This document shows, piece by piece, positions 9,895 to 19,707 of a stretch of DNA of 64,000 nt. The position numbers and the translations under genes were made by a program. The stretch is taken from contig JAIESQ010000030.1 of the NCBI GenBank assembly GCA_019745975.1, forward strand, positions 2,513-66,512, written 5' to 3'. Positions within the stretch are counted from its first letter, which is position 1; each line of letters begins with the position of its first letter. This DNA is from Pirellulales bacterium (GTDB lineage Bacteria > Planctomycetota > Planctomycetia > Pirellulales > JAEUIK01). The notes under the pieces were generated by a model, which was given only the letters and a program-made list of their open reading frames with translations, had not been told where the DNA came from and made no database searches.

Positions 9895-10977
9895 ATGCCA
9901 CGCCGCGAGCTGCCGTTCGGCGAGACCGTGATCGGCGTCGAGTTGCCCGAGCGCACGCAGTTCGTGCAGCCGGGCGCCGGCGGTGGCCGGCTCCCTCCAG
10001 CGGCCAACGAGGCGCAAGCCGTGCGCGATGCGCTCGCCGCGCCCTTGGCCAGCGACCCAATCTCGGCGCGCGTTAAGCCCGGCGCGAAGGTGCTGATCGC
10101 CTTCGACGACCCCACGGTCCCGTCGTATGGGCCGATCCGCCGGCTGGCAATTGAAGCCGTGCTCGACGAACTCTCGCGCGCCGGAGTCGATGAACAAAAC
10201 GTGTCGCTCGTGTGCGCCAACGCGCTGCATCGCAAGTGGACCAACCAAGAACTCTCGACCGGCTTGGGCGACGACCTGATCAAGCGCTTCGGCCAGCGCC
10301 TGGCGTGCCACGACGCCGAGGACGCGGACAACCTCGTGCATCTCGGCGTCACCCCCGAAGGCTACGACGTCGAGGTTCACAAGCTGGTCGTCGATTGCGA
10401 TCTCGTCGTCTACGTGAACGCCGGCTACTACCTGGGCTTTGGCGGCGGCTGGAAATCGGTTTGCGTCGGCCTTTCGACCTGGAGGAGCATTCGCTGGACG
10501 CATACGCCCGACGGCATGTCGATGTCGTTGCACAAGAACCGCATGCACGCGGTCTTCGACAAGATGGGCGCGTTTCTTGAGCAGCAGCTCGGATCGAAGG
10601 TCTTCAAGATCGAGTCGGTCCTGGCCAACCCGTTTCAAATCTCGCGGGTGTTTGCCGGCGGGGTCGACGCCACCCGCCAGGCGGCCATCGATCTGCTGGC
10701 GACTGTGAACGTGCCGCGCCGCAGCGGGGGCGAGCCGGCCGACGTGGTGATCTACGGCGTGCCGAACTGGAGCCCCTACGCGACCTTCGCCACGATGAAC
10801 CCCATCCTGACCTTGATCTCCTCGGGCCTGGGGTACTTGGGGGGACATATCGAAGCACGCGGCAAGCAAGGCTGCTCGGTCATTCTGGCCACGCCGGCCC
10901 GCGATGAGTGGGACCTGACCCACCATCCAGCGTATCGCGAAGTCTGGGACAACGTGCTCACCGATACGCTCGATCCG
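9895..10977 (+). pseudogene. Lactate racemase (LarA/DUF2088)-domain gene, 5' exon only, interrupted by a group II intron
   Basis: RBS GAGGAG; IAFDDPTVP, VCANALHRK and GGGWKS motifs; protein-like sequence stops at ...TDTLDP exactly where the intron GTGCG begins. Confidence 0.75.
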
Positions 10978-11659
10978 GTGCGCCAGGCAAAGCCTGGTTG
11001 TTCTTGTCAGTTGAAAGGTACTGATCATGGCACTTGCTCGTTCACCATGAAGTCGAGCGGCGTGCGGCAGGGCGACCGGCCGTGCGAAGCCCGCCAGCGA
11101 CGACGATGTCAGCCGTAATGCGCAAGCGTGAACCCGATTCGGCCTCGTTACAAGCGTGAGAGTGGCCAGCCGCCCGGATTCGGTGAAGCCTGACGCCGAC
11201 CGCCAAGCAACGAGCACGCGCAGCGGTCGGGCTCTCCGGGGTGATAGGGGACAGCGGGCATCGACAGAACAACCAGGAACCTGGGAGACCTGCGACGGCA
11301 GCCCGCGACGCTCCGTCGCGCGCAACCGGCGGCGGGAAAGCATAACCGCCCTCGGGCCGGCGCAGGAGTCGGAGGGGTTCGTAGTAGCGACGAAGCCGGG
11401 CAACGCCGGCCGAGCGAAGGAACCCTGCCGGAGAGTCGTGGCAGTCAACGAAGGACGTGCCGCTTGGGTCTTGCACCCGACTACGGAATTCAACGCGTCC
11501 TTTCGCGACCGCCACTGGTTGTTGGTCCAAGCGGATGCGGTCAACATTCGTGCATGTCCAGCAATGAGTGTCTTCGGGAAAGCCGGATGCGGTAGCTCCG
11601 CACGTCCGGTTTGAGGAGGGGAGAGGCGGCAGCAACGTGCTGCCCCTCTCCTACTCGAC
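10978..11659 (+). mobile_element. Group II intron (IIB-type EBS1/EBS2 layout) without an intron-encoded RT ORF
   Basis: 5' GTGCG; GGAACCTGGGAGACC at end of domain I; domain III-like GAGTCGGAGGGGTTCGTAGTAGCGACGAAGCCGGGCAACGCCGGCCGAGCGAAGG; domain V AGCCGGATGCGGTAGCTCCGCACGTCCGGTTTGAGGAGGGG; domain VI ending CTACTCGAC; no YADD-type ORF. Confidence 0.92.
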
Positions 11660-11694
11660 TGGTTAGTTCTTCTCGATCCGAGAAGTGCCAATGA

Positions 11695-11721
11695 CCACGG
11701 ATGGCACGAATGACACGGATG
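11695..11721. repeat. Short CACGGATG-type tandem repeat element
   Basis: CCACGGATG-GCACGAATG-ACACGGATG, three imperfect 9-nt units just downstream of the intron. Confidence 0.45.
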
Positions 11722-11829
11722 AATTCGGAAACGGAAAGAGTCGCGGGTTGCGGACCGAGGTGGCCAATCGCGATACAATGGGAGCGGGCTCAACGTGATC
11801 CGGTAGGGGAGCTGCCAACACGCAAAGCC

Positions 11830-12402
11830 ATGAGCTCGCTGCCCGAAAAGCTCGAAACGCCCGGCGCTGTGGCGGGGCAAAGCCGCCCGCTGCAATTCAG
11901 TCTGCGCACGCTGCTGGTGGTGATCTCGCTGGCGAGTGCCTTGTTCGCAGTGCTAAGCGTGGTACCGCCCGTGTGGTCATTCATGGCGCTGTGGGTCGCC
12001 CTGCTGGTGATCGCTCACGTCGCCGCGAATGCCTGGGGAAAGCGAACATTTGAGCCGGGCGCGGTTCGGCCGGACGACTCGCTTCCGCGCCACGCACCAC
12101 CGCGTCACGCAACATGGCCGACGCATCCGGCATCTTTGGCGGCAACCTCGGAAGGGAGTCGCCTGCGCCGCCACGCCACGCTCGAACGCTCGCGCTACGT
12201 GGCGACTTTTGTCACGGCAGGAATCGGCGGGCTGATCGGCTGCGTCGTGTTGGCGCTGATCCATCTGCATCAGGCGAGCTTCGCGGCGTGTGCCGTGTGG
12301 ACGGGGGCCTCGGCCGTGATCAGTGGCATCGCCGGGTTTGTCGGCAGCGGCTTCTGGCAGGTCGTCAGGCGCTCGACCGACGAGCTAGCACCGTTGCCGT
12401 AG
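11830..12402 (+). CDS. Hypothetical membrane protein (planctomycete 'FSLRTLL' type)
   Basis: LQFSLRTLLVVISL motif and four hydrophobic segments; ATG at 11830 preferred over 11701. Confidence 0.6.
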   Translation: MSSLPEKLETPGAVAGQSRPLQFSLRTLLVVISLASALFAVLSVVPPVWSFMALWVALLVIAHVAANAWGKRTFEPGAVRPDDSLPRHAPPRHATWPTHPASLAATSEGSRLRRHATLERSRYVATFVTAGIGGLIGCVVLALIHLHQASFAACAVWTGASAVISGIAGFVGSGFWQVVRRSTDELAPLP

Positions 12403-12450
12403 TCGTCGTTGCTCCGTGGCGCATCTCTTGCAGGGCCGTGTCGAGCGGTT

Positions 12451-12504
12451 CACTGCTGGGCAAGCCAGCAGTGGCACCCAGACCTGGCTTGGAAGCTACT
12501 TCCA
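12451..12504 (-). repeat. Partial copy of the MITE/REP-like family found at 15570 and 26153
   Basis: CACTGCTGGGCAAGCCAGCAGTGGCACCCA is the reverse complement of the core of the 15570 element, followed by a degenerate terminal repeat. Confidence 0.75.
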
Positions 12505-12684
12505 ACAAGCCGTCCTTACCTTGTTTGCCTGCGTTTCCCCTCCGCAGGCGAAACCACTTGCTAGCAAGCTCACGCGGGCTGAAATGCGCGGCTGATCGGC
12601 AAAGTCGGCTCAACCCGCAACGCCGCGCGGCCGATAACGATGGCGGATTCGACTCATTACGAACCGCACACTTGGAATGCGCTC

Positions 12685-15546
12685 ATGCCTGCACGCGCTG
12701 GAATCTTGGCCACGCTCGTCGCCCTGACGGTGTTTGGCGGTGTCGTCCATGGCCAGGAGAACAAGGACAAGGGCCCTTCGTTCACGGAGCGGTTCGATCG
12801 TTTCCGGAGAAATCTGTTCGGAGGTGGCGCGGAGCAGCGGAGCGCGGCTCCCGCGCAGCGTTCGCGCAACCCGAATCAGGGGAGTGAGCGGATCACTGGC
12901 GTGCCCGAATGGCCAGGGCAGAGCACGTCGTCGCGCGGTGGTCCGGCGCGGGGCAGCGGATCGCGAATGACCCAACAGCCGCGAACAGGAGCGCCGCGGC
13001 CCGACGCCGCGCGCAACGCGCGCATGCCGAGCGACGAGGGAGCCCTCGGTTCGACTGGCATGCCTAGCCCGTCCGCGTCGCCAAACACTTCGAGCCGCCG
13101 CACGGCGCAACCGGGCTACGAACGACAAGCTCTGCCACCGAATGCGACGCCGATCGCTGCTGGCCCGCGACCCGAAGACATCGCGCCTCGCCAACCCGCT
13201 CCCACCGCTGCGCCGACGGAGGTGTTGGCGGATCGCCCACCTGTGCGTGACGACGAAGCGCCGCGCATGGCCGAACGCAGCCAACCCCCTGCTGCCGAGC
13301 CGCTGTCGGCCGAGCCATTGGCTGTCGCGCCGTCGAGACTCGACGAAATCATGCCCGAACAAACGTTGCCGGAAGCGACGCCGGCCGGGGCGCCGACGCA
13401 TAGTGCCCAGCCAACGCGGCGCGCCAGCACGCTAGGCCAGCGCCTGGCCAGCGCTCGCCGCGCAGGTTCGTCGCGGTTGCTATCGGGCGAGGGAGCCGCG
13501 GCCGAGGGCGCCGAAACGGAATCGAGCACGAGCGACTCCGAATCAGCGGCTCCTACAAATGAGGCTCCGCCCAATAGCGAAGCAATCAAGACCGACTCGC
13601 CAGAGAGCGGTTCGGCCGGCGACGATGCAGTGAGTGCGGAAAACCCGGCCACGGAGGCAGCTCCTGCACACGAGAGCGACGCCCCTGCAACAACGACGCC
13701 ATCCGGCGATCACCAGCGGCACACGCCATCGTCGTCCGCGAGAGCGTCGAGCAACCAAGGGAATCGATCTCGACGCAGTTCAGGCCGGTCGTCGCCCGCG
13801 GTCCAACAGCCGGTGTCGGATTCGAGCGAAGCGTCGGCCGAAAGTTCGTCGGCTTCGAGCGAAGCTGACAGCAGCGACACAACCTCGGCCACCGAATCGT
13901 CGCCGGCGACAACTCCGGAAGTTGACTCGACGGTCACGGGCGAACCCGACGTGCTGGTGACGCGGCAGAGCCCCGTGATCAGCGTCGACACGGTGGGCCC
14001 GCGCAAGATCAAGGTCGGTATGCCGGCCGCGTACCGCATCGTCGTCAAGAACGCCGGTAGTCTGGCTGCCGAAGGCTTGCTCGTTACGGTGCGCGTGCCC
14101 GAAGGCGCCGATCTCGTCGGCACGCAGGCGGGCATTGGCAGCGTGCGGCCGGCCAAGTCGGCGGACCAGGGCGCCGGGGTGGAGTGGGTGATCGATTCGC
14201 TCGGCGCGCGAAGCGAGACCAGTCTGACGCTGCGGCTGGTGCCGCTGCGCAGTCGGCCGATTGAATTGGGAGTCGAATGGTCGCTGTCGCCCGTGGCCGT
14301 CAACACCCTGGTCGAGGTGCAAGAGCCAAAACTGTTGATGAGCCTCGTTGGCCCCGAAGAGGTTTACTACGGCAAGCGCGAGTCGTACAAGCTGACGCTT
14401 ACCAATCCCGGGACCGGCGACGCCGAACATGTCGTCGTCAGCTTGCTGCCGACCACGCCCGGCGAAGACCAGGCGGTGATTCACGAAGTCGGCACGCTCC
14501 GCGCCGGAGGCAGCAAAGTCGTGGAACTCGAGCTTACGGCCCGGCAGCATGGCACGCTGCGTCTGCGAGCTGAAGCCACGGCCGACGGCTCGTTGAGCAC
14601 GGCGGTCGACGAAGAGGTGCTTGTCCGCCGGGCTGAGTTGCGAGTCGAAGTCGACGGGCCGCAACTGCTTTATGCCGGCACGGCTGGGACGTACACGATT
14701 CACGTTAGTAATCCCGGCAACGCCGCGGCGCAGAACGTCAAGCTGACGTCGATGCTGCCGGCCGACGCCAAGTATGTGTCGGGGAGCGATGGCGCGACAC
14801 TGTCGGACGAGGGCAATCGTGTCGCCTGGTCAACCGCCTCGCTGCGACCGGGTGCGGAGTGGATCGTGAGCTTCCGCTGCGAGCTGACGGCGGCCGGCGC
14901 GGCGACCACGCAACTGGTGGCCACGGCCGACGAGGAAGTAGAAAGCGGCACGACCTTCGCCACCGAAGTCGAGGCCCTGGCCGACCTGTCGCTGGAGATC
15001 AAGGACCCGGCCGGCCCCGTGCCCGTCGGTCAGGAAGCGACCTACGAAATTCACATTCACAACCGGGGCACGAAGAGCGCCGCGGGCATTGGCGTCGTGG
15101 CCTTCTTCTCGCGGGGCATCGAACCGATGCAGATCGAGGGGGGCAAGCACCACGTCGGACCCGGACGGATCACATTCGCTCCGCTGCGGTCGATCGGCGC
15201 GGGGCAAGAGATCGTGCTCACGATCAAGGCGCAAGCCAACGAGGCCGGCAACCATTTGTTCCGGGCGGAAGTCGAATGCGAGGAGCTCGAAACGAAGCTC
15301 TCGGCCGAGGAGACAACGCGGTTCTACGGCGATGGTCCGGCGGCGCCGCACGCGTCGCGTCGCAAGCAACCCGTCGAACGGCGCGCGGCGGAGACTGGCG
15401 AGGCGGCCGACCGTGGCGCTCGCGAGCCGGCAGAAGAGTCGGGCAGCTTCTGGCCCGCCGCTGACGGGCAGGCTTCAGCAGGTGCAGCCGATGGCGGCAA
15501 CGCCTCGCCGGCCGATACGCTCGTGCCTGACGAGACGACGCCGTAG
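12685..15546 (+). CDS. Exported DUF11-repeat protein with long Ser/Ala/Pro/Glu-rich disordered N-terminal region
   Basis: Signal peptide MPARAGILATLVALTVFGGVVHG; repeated DUF11-like motifs (YRIVVKNAGSLAA, YKLTLTNPGTGDAE, YTIHVSNPGNAAA, YEIHIHNRGTKSA). Confidence 0.75.
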   Translation: MPARAGILATLVALTVFGGVVHGQENKDKGPSFTERFDRFRRNLFGGGAEQRSAAPAQRSRNPNQGSERITGVPEWPGQSTSSRGGPARGSGSRMTQQPRTGAPRPDAARNARMPSDEGALGSTGMPSPSASPNTSSRRTAQPGYERQALPPNATPIAAGPRPEDIAPRQPAPTAAPTEVLADRPPVRDDEAPRMAERSQPPAAEPLSAEPLAVAPSRLDEIMPEQTLPEATPAGAPTHSAQPTRRASTLGQRLASARRAGSSRLLSGEGAAAEGAETESSTSDSESAAPTNEAPPNSEAIKTDSPESGSAGDDAVSAENPATEAAPAHESDAPATTTPSGDHQRHTPSSSARASSNQGNRSRRSSGRSSPAVQQPVSDSSEASAESSSASSEADSSDTTSATESSPATTPEVDSTVTGEPDVLVTRQSPVISVDTVGPRKIKVGMPAAYRIVVKNAGSLAAEGLLVTVRVPEGADLVGTQAGIGSVRPAKSADQGAGVEWVIDSLGARSETSLTLRLVPLRSRPIELGVEWSLSPVAVNTLVEVQEPKLLMSLVGPEEVYYGKRESYKLTLTNPGTGDAEHVVVSLLPTTPGEDQAVIHEVGTLRAGGSKVVELELTARQHGTLRLRAEATADGSLSTAVDEEVLVRRAELRVEVDGPQLLYAGTAGTYTIHVSNPGNAAAQNVKLTSMLPADAKYVSGSDGATLSDEGNRVAWSTASLRPGAEWIVSFRCELTAAGAATTQLVATADEEVESGTTFATEVEALADLSLEIKDPAGPVPVGQEATYEIHIHNRGTKSAAGIGVVAFFSRGIEPMQIEGGKHHVGPGRITFAPLRSIGAGQEIVLTIKAQANEAGNHLFRAEVECEELETKLSAEETTRFYGDGPAAPHASRRKQPVERRAAETGEAADRGAREPAEESGSFWPAADGQASAGAADGGNASPADTLVPDETTP

Positions 15547-15569
15547 CGCGAATCTCATGGCGAGTTGGC

Positions 15570-15704
15570 TCGATGCAGTTTCAAAACCCAGTTTGGGTGC
15601 CACTGCTGGCTTGCCCAGCAGTGCATAGTTCGATAGAGCACTGCTAGACGCTTCTTGCAGTGGCACCCGACGTCGGTACATCGCCAGTTTTGAAACTGCT
15701 TCTA
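15570..15704. mobile_element. MITE-like element with terminal inverted repeats and internal REP-like palindromes
   Basis: Perfect 13-bp inverted repeat GCAGTTTCAAAAC (15575-15587) / GTTTTGAAACTGC (15687-15699); internal GGGTGCCACTG...CAGTGGCACCC arms; lies between convergent genes. Confidence 0.75.
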
Positions 15705-15789
15705 CCAAGAAGAAAAGACCCGCGCGGCAGGCACATCGCCCACCGCGCGGGTCAAGTTTTTTAGCAGACCATTGCTATAGCGACGAGCG

Positions 15790-17277
15790 CTATGACTTCA
15801 CCACCACGAAGAACTGCCTGGCTTGCGGCGTGCGCACCAGGAGCAGCACTCCCTCGTCGAGCGAGGCCTCGGCCAGCGCCTTGTCGAAGTCGGCGGTATT
15901 GGCCACCGCGGTTCGACCGACGCGGCGAATGAGCATTCCTTCGCGAATGCCCTTTTCGTAGGCCGCGGTCCCTTCGTCGACCGAAGTGACCAGCACGCCG
16001 GTCATGCCGTCGTAGCCGAGTTGCTTGGCTTCTTCGGCGCCCAGGTCGGCGACTTCGACGCCCAGCTTCGAGGCGGCTTTCGAACGTGGCTTCTCCACGT
16101 CGGGCGCGCCTTGGGTTTCGGCTTCGTCAGCTTGCGCGAAAGTGGCTGGCATGCGCTTGACCGTCACGCTCAGCTCGCGCGGTTTGCCGTCGCGCAGGAC
16201 TTGCACCGTTTGCTTCGTGCCAAACGGAGTGCGTTCGACCAGCTCGGTCAGCTCGGTCGGAGTGTGGACTCGAGCGCCGCCGAAATGCGTAATCACATCG
16301 CCATCGTGGAAGCCGGCTTCGGCGGCCGGCGTGCCGGGCATGACTTCGCCGACGATCACGCCGTCGGTGGTGTCGCTGCCGAACTGCTCGGCGAGCTCCG
16401 AGCTCATGGCGCCGATCTTGACGCCCAGGTAGGCGCGTTCGACCGATCCCTTTTCGATCAATTGCGGCACGACCCAGCGGGCGAGGTTCACCGGCACGGC
16501 GAAGCCGACGCCCTGGTATCCGCCGCTCGAAGAGGCAATCGCGGTGTTGATGCCCACGACTTCGCCATCGAGATTCACGAGCGGACCGCCCGAATTACCC
16601 GGGTTGATCGCGGCGTCGGTCTGCAGGAAACGCGCGCGACGAATTGAACCGAGTTCGCGGCCGCGGCCGCTGATGATGCCGGCGCTGACGGTCGTTTCGA
16701 GCTCGAAGGGGTTGCCGATCGCCAGCACCCAATCGCCGATTTCCAAGCTGTCGGAGTTGCCGAGCTTGGCCACCGGGAGATCGCCCCCGCCCGAGAACTT
16801 GACCACGGCCAGATCGCTATCCGGATCGGTTTTGACTTCCGTGGCCTTGAACTCGCGGTGGTCGGACAAGACGACGATGACTTCGTCGGCGCCTTCAACA
16901 ACATGGTTGTTCGTGAGCACGATGCCCGAGCGATCGATGATCACGCCGGAGCCGACGCCGTCGCGTTGCGGGGCGCGATAGCGGCCGTCGAAGTCCTTGA
17001 ACATGTCTTCGAAGGGGGTGCCGCGGAACGGATTTTCGCCGCCACCGCGGTTGGAAACTTCGCGCTGCTTGGTGCGCGCTTTGATTTTGACCACCGTCGG
17101 CATGGCCAGATTGGCCGCCTGACGGAAGGCCTTGGAGAGCTCGTGGGCGTGCGTGATGGCCTGTTGCGCCTCGGGCTGCTGGGCCCAGGCAAACGGCATC
17201 GCGCCGGCCACGGCCACGGCGGCGACCACGCTGAGCAGGCCAAGTCGCGTTCGGGTGTATTGGGGCATAAGTCTCAT
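15790..17277 (-). CDS. degP: DegP/HtrA-family periplasmic serine protease with two PDZ domains
   Basis: TNNHVV, DLAV, QTDAAINPGNSGGPL catalytic motifs; AGGAGG RBS before ATG 17277; signal peptide. Confidence 0.9.
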   Translation of the reverse strand: MRLMPQYTRTRLGLLSVVAAVAVAGAMPFAWAQQPEAQQAITHAHELSKAFRQAANLAMPTVVKIKARTKQREVSNRGGGENPFRGTPFEDMFKDFDGRYRAPQRDGVGSGVIIDRSGIVLTNNHVVEGADEVIVVLSDHREFKATEVKTDPDSDLAVVKFSGGGDLPVAKLGNSDSLEIGDWVLAIGNPFELETTVSAGIISGRGRELGSIRRARFLQTDAAINPGNSGGPLVNLDGEVVGINTAIASSSGGYQGVGFAVPVNLARWVVPQLIEKGSVERAYLGVKIGAMSSELAEQFGSDTTDGVIVGEVMPGTPAAEAGFHDGDVITHFGGARVHTPTELTELVERTPFGTKQTVQVLRDGKPRELSVTVKRMPATFAQADEAETQGAPDVEKPRSKAASKLGVEVADLGAEEAKQLGYDGMTGVLVTSVDEGTAAYEKGIREGMLIRRVGRTAVANTADFDKALAEASLDEGVLLLVRTPQARQFFVVVKS

Positions 17278-17615
17278 ACGCGAAATCCTCCTTCTGCTTT
17301 CCGACAATTCTCGATGACGTCGAATGACAAGGGCCGATTGAGAATGCACCGTCGATTCGATCGGGTGACGGTGCAGGGCCTGGCGCGTTCTACGAGTTGC
17401 CGGCAGCCAAAGTTCTCTCGATTCACTTAATTTGCCGCAAGACGAACTCGCGTGGCTGCTGGCGCTACAACGTCGATGACGCGCGATCGCGCCCTCTACG
17501 GAGGAGTGTTGCGCGAGGGGGGCTCCGTCTTTCAGTCGAGTTAACCGCGAGCTGCGGTCCAGCGCCCTGCGGCAGCCTGCCGAGACCGAGAAGCACGTGT
17601 ACGGGGACGTTAAGA

Positions 17616-17644
17616 TTGACAAAAACGCCGCAGCCAGCTAGGGT
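17616..17644 (+). promoter_or_regulatory. Putative sigma70-type promoter for rnc
   Basis: TTGACA-17 bp-TAGGGT. Confidence 0.4.
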
Positions 17645-17709
17645 TACGTAAACTGCAAGCCCTGTCGTCGATATGGGCGACCATTGAGCAAGCTGCCTGA
17701 GCATTTCGC

Positions 17710-18450
17710 ATGTCGCGTTCGGTCGAGCTTCCGGAAACGAGCGTGGAGATTCCATCGGAACTGGAGCGCTGCGAACGGCGGATCGGCTACACGTTTCAGA
17801 ACAAATCGCTGTTGCGGGCAGCCCTGACGCACGCTTCTGGGGCGCATCACCGGCTGGCCTCGAACGAGCGGCTCGAATTCCTGGGGGATGCGATCCTCGG
17901 CGCGGTGGTCTGCGAGTTGCTGTTCCACAGCTACCCTGAGAATCTCGAAGGGGAGCTGACTAAGATCAAGAGCATCGTCGTTAGCCGGCAGACGTGCGCG
18001 AAGATCAGCCAGGCGCTGGGGCTCGAGGAGTTCTTGATTCTCGGCAAGGGGATGACCACGCACCCGACGGTGCCACCGTCGCTGTTGGCCGACGTGTTCG
18101 AATCGCTTGTGGCGGCCATTTACCTCGATGGCGGTGATCCTGGCGCCCGCGCGTTCATTCACGAGCATCTCGGCCCCGAGATCGAGGCGGCCGCGGGCGG
18201 CGACCACGGCGGCAACTTCAAGTCGATGCTGCAGCAGCTCGCCCAGCGCGAATACGGCACGACGCCCACCTATCAATTGCTCGACGAGAAGGGCCCCGAT
18301 CACAGCAAGTGCTTCAAGATCTCGGCGCAAATCGGCCGCAATCGCTATCAGCCCGCGTGGGGCCGCAACAAGAAAGAGGCCGAGCAGCGCGCCGCGCGCA
18401 ACGCGTTGAGCGAATTGGGTGGCGAGCCGGTTCCGTTTCCGTCGGACTGA
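17710..18450 (+). CDS. rnc: Ribonuclease III
   Basis: NERLEFLGDAILG signature, ADVFES, C-terminal dsRBD (GRNKKEAEQRAA). Confidence 0.97.
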   Translation: MSRSVELPETSVEIPSELERCERRIGYTFQNKSLLRAALTHASGAHHRLASNERLEFLGDAILGAVVCELLFHSYPENLEGELTKIKSIVVSRQTCAKISQALGLEEFLILGKGMTTHPTVPPSLLADVFESLVAAIYLDGGDPGARAFIHEHLGPEIEAAAGGDHGGNFKSMLQQLAQREYGTTPTYQLLDEKGPDHSKCFKISAQIGRNRYQPAWGRNKKEAEQRAARNALSELGGEPVPFPSD

Positions 18451-18505
18451 CGAACCACGATGCCAGCGCGCGTCGTGGTCTTCCACGTGCTGCGGCCCGA
18501 TTGCC

Positions 18506-19330
18506 ATGTCGACGACTCCCACGACGACCGGCCGCGGCTTCTTAGCTGAGCTCTACCTGGGGCTGGCCGCACCGTGGCGAGGGCTTAGCTACTTGCAGGA
18601 TCATCCGGCGCTGTGGCGCTACGGTATGCTGCCAGTTCTGCTGAACATTTTGGTGACGCTGCTGGTGCTTGTCGGCGTGGCGGCGTCGGCTGTCGCGTTC
18701 GCGGTATACGTCCATCCGCGATTCGCCGACAGCGTTCTGGGGTGGATCGGCGAGGCGCTGAGTATCGTGGGTCTGTTGGTGGCCACGGCCGGCGTGGCGG
18801 TTGTCGGCTGGCTCGTGTTCGGCGCACTGCTGACCGACCACTTCAATGGCCTGCTCGCGCGGCGGATCGAGATTTCGTTGGGGACTCCGCCCGAGGAGCT
18901 GCGCGAGCTTCCGATGCTGCGCCAGATCGCCGATGCGCTCTGGACGGCCTTCGTCTTGCTCGTCATCAATGCCGGCCTGTTGCTGCTGAACTGCGTGCCT
19001 GTGATCGGTTCGATCGTGGCGATCCCGCTGGCGCTGAGCGTCGACGGCTACGTCTTCGGCCGGGACTACTTCGACTACCCGCTGTCGCTGCGCGGCTGGC
19101 CGCGGCCTCGGAAGCACGGGTTCGCCCGGCAACATTGGCCGGCCACGATCGGGCTGGGCGTAACCGTGCTGCTGGCCAATCTGGTGCCGATCTTGGGTGG
19201 AGTTCTGCTGACGACGGCCGTGGTAGGCGCGGTGCTCATGTACCGCGACCTGGCGCCGGCAGGGGGCAAGTCGCGCGAGCGATCGCGCACTGCACCGCGA
19301 CCGACGAGCTCATCGTGCCGCGCTCCTTGA
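18506..19330 (+). CDS. EI24/CysZ-like membrane protein
   Basis: Multi-TM protein with LLLNCVPVIG and DYFDYPLSLRG motifs. Confidence 0.7.
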   Translation: MSTTPTTTGRGFLAELYLGLAAPWRGLSYLQDHPALWRYGMLPVLLNILVTLLVLVGVAASAVAFAVYVHPRFADSVLGWIGEALSIVGLLVATAGVAVVGWLVFGALLTDHFNGLLARRIEISLGTPPEELRELPMLRQIADALWTAFVLLVINAGLLLLNCVPVIGSIVAIPLALSVDGYVFGRDYFDYPLSLRGWPRPRKHGFARQHWPATIGLGVTVLLANLVPILGGVLLTTAVVGAVLMYRDLAPAGGKSRERSRTAPRPTSSSCRAP

Positions 19331-19392
19331 GTTGAAATCGTTTCATGCGCAGGGTTGACGAAAATTAATATCTCCCGCGTGCCGCGAAAACC

Positions 19393-19420
19393 TTGACACG
19401 GGCCGTTACCGGCCTAGTAT
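19393..19420 (+). promoter_or_regulatory. Putative sigma70-type promoter for the PEP-CTERM gene leader
   Basis: TTGACA-16 bp-TAGTAT. Confidence 0.55.
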
Positions 19421-19707
19421 CAAAACCAAGGCTCTTACCGGATCGCGCAACCCTATTTCTGTTCCGGAGTCGCCAATGCGGGGCTAGTCAGCCACCAGGC
19501 GGTCGCGTTGCGTGATTGACTTGGCATCCGTCTTCTGCGGATGCGTTTTCACGGTTGGTTTCGGCATTGAGCGACGGCATTGGCCTGCGCGAATGTCTCG
19601 ACATTGGCTCTCGTCGCTCGGGAGCTGTCGATTGCCAAAATCTCCGCGCGCTTCTGGCTGACATCCCTTTCACGCGCCAAGAAAACGGAACAAGCGAGCA
19701 ATGCCAC

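Noticed and set aside
11156-11614. 152-aa ORF inside the intron as an intron-encoded protein
   Set aside because: It runs across ribozyme domains I-V, has no YADD or maturase motif and is far too short
9511-11895. 794-aa minus-strand ORF spanning larA and the intron, which could be taken for an RT/IEP
   Set aside because: Antisense shadow frame typical of high-GC DNA; no RT motifs, and the intron lies on the plus strand
19521-19540. sigma54 promoter (TTGGCA...TGC) before the PEP-CTERM gene
   Set aside because: GG-to-GC spacing is 12 nt, not the required 10
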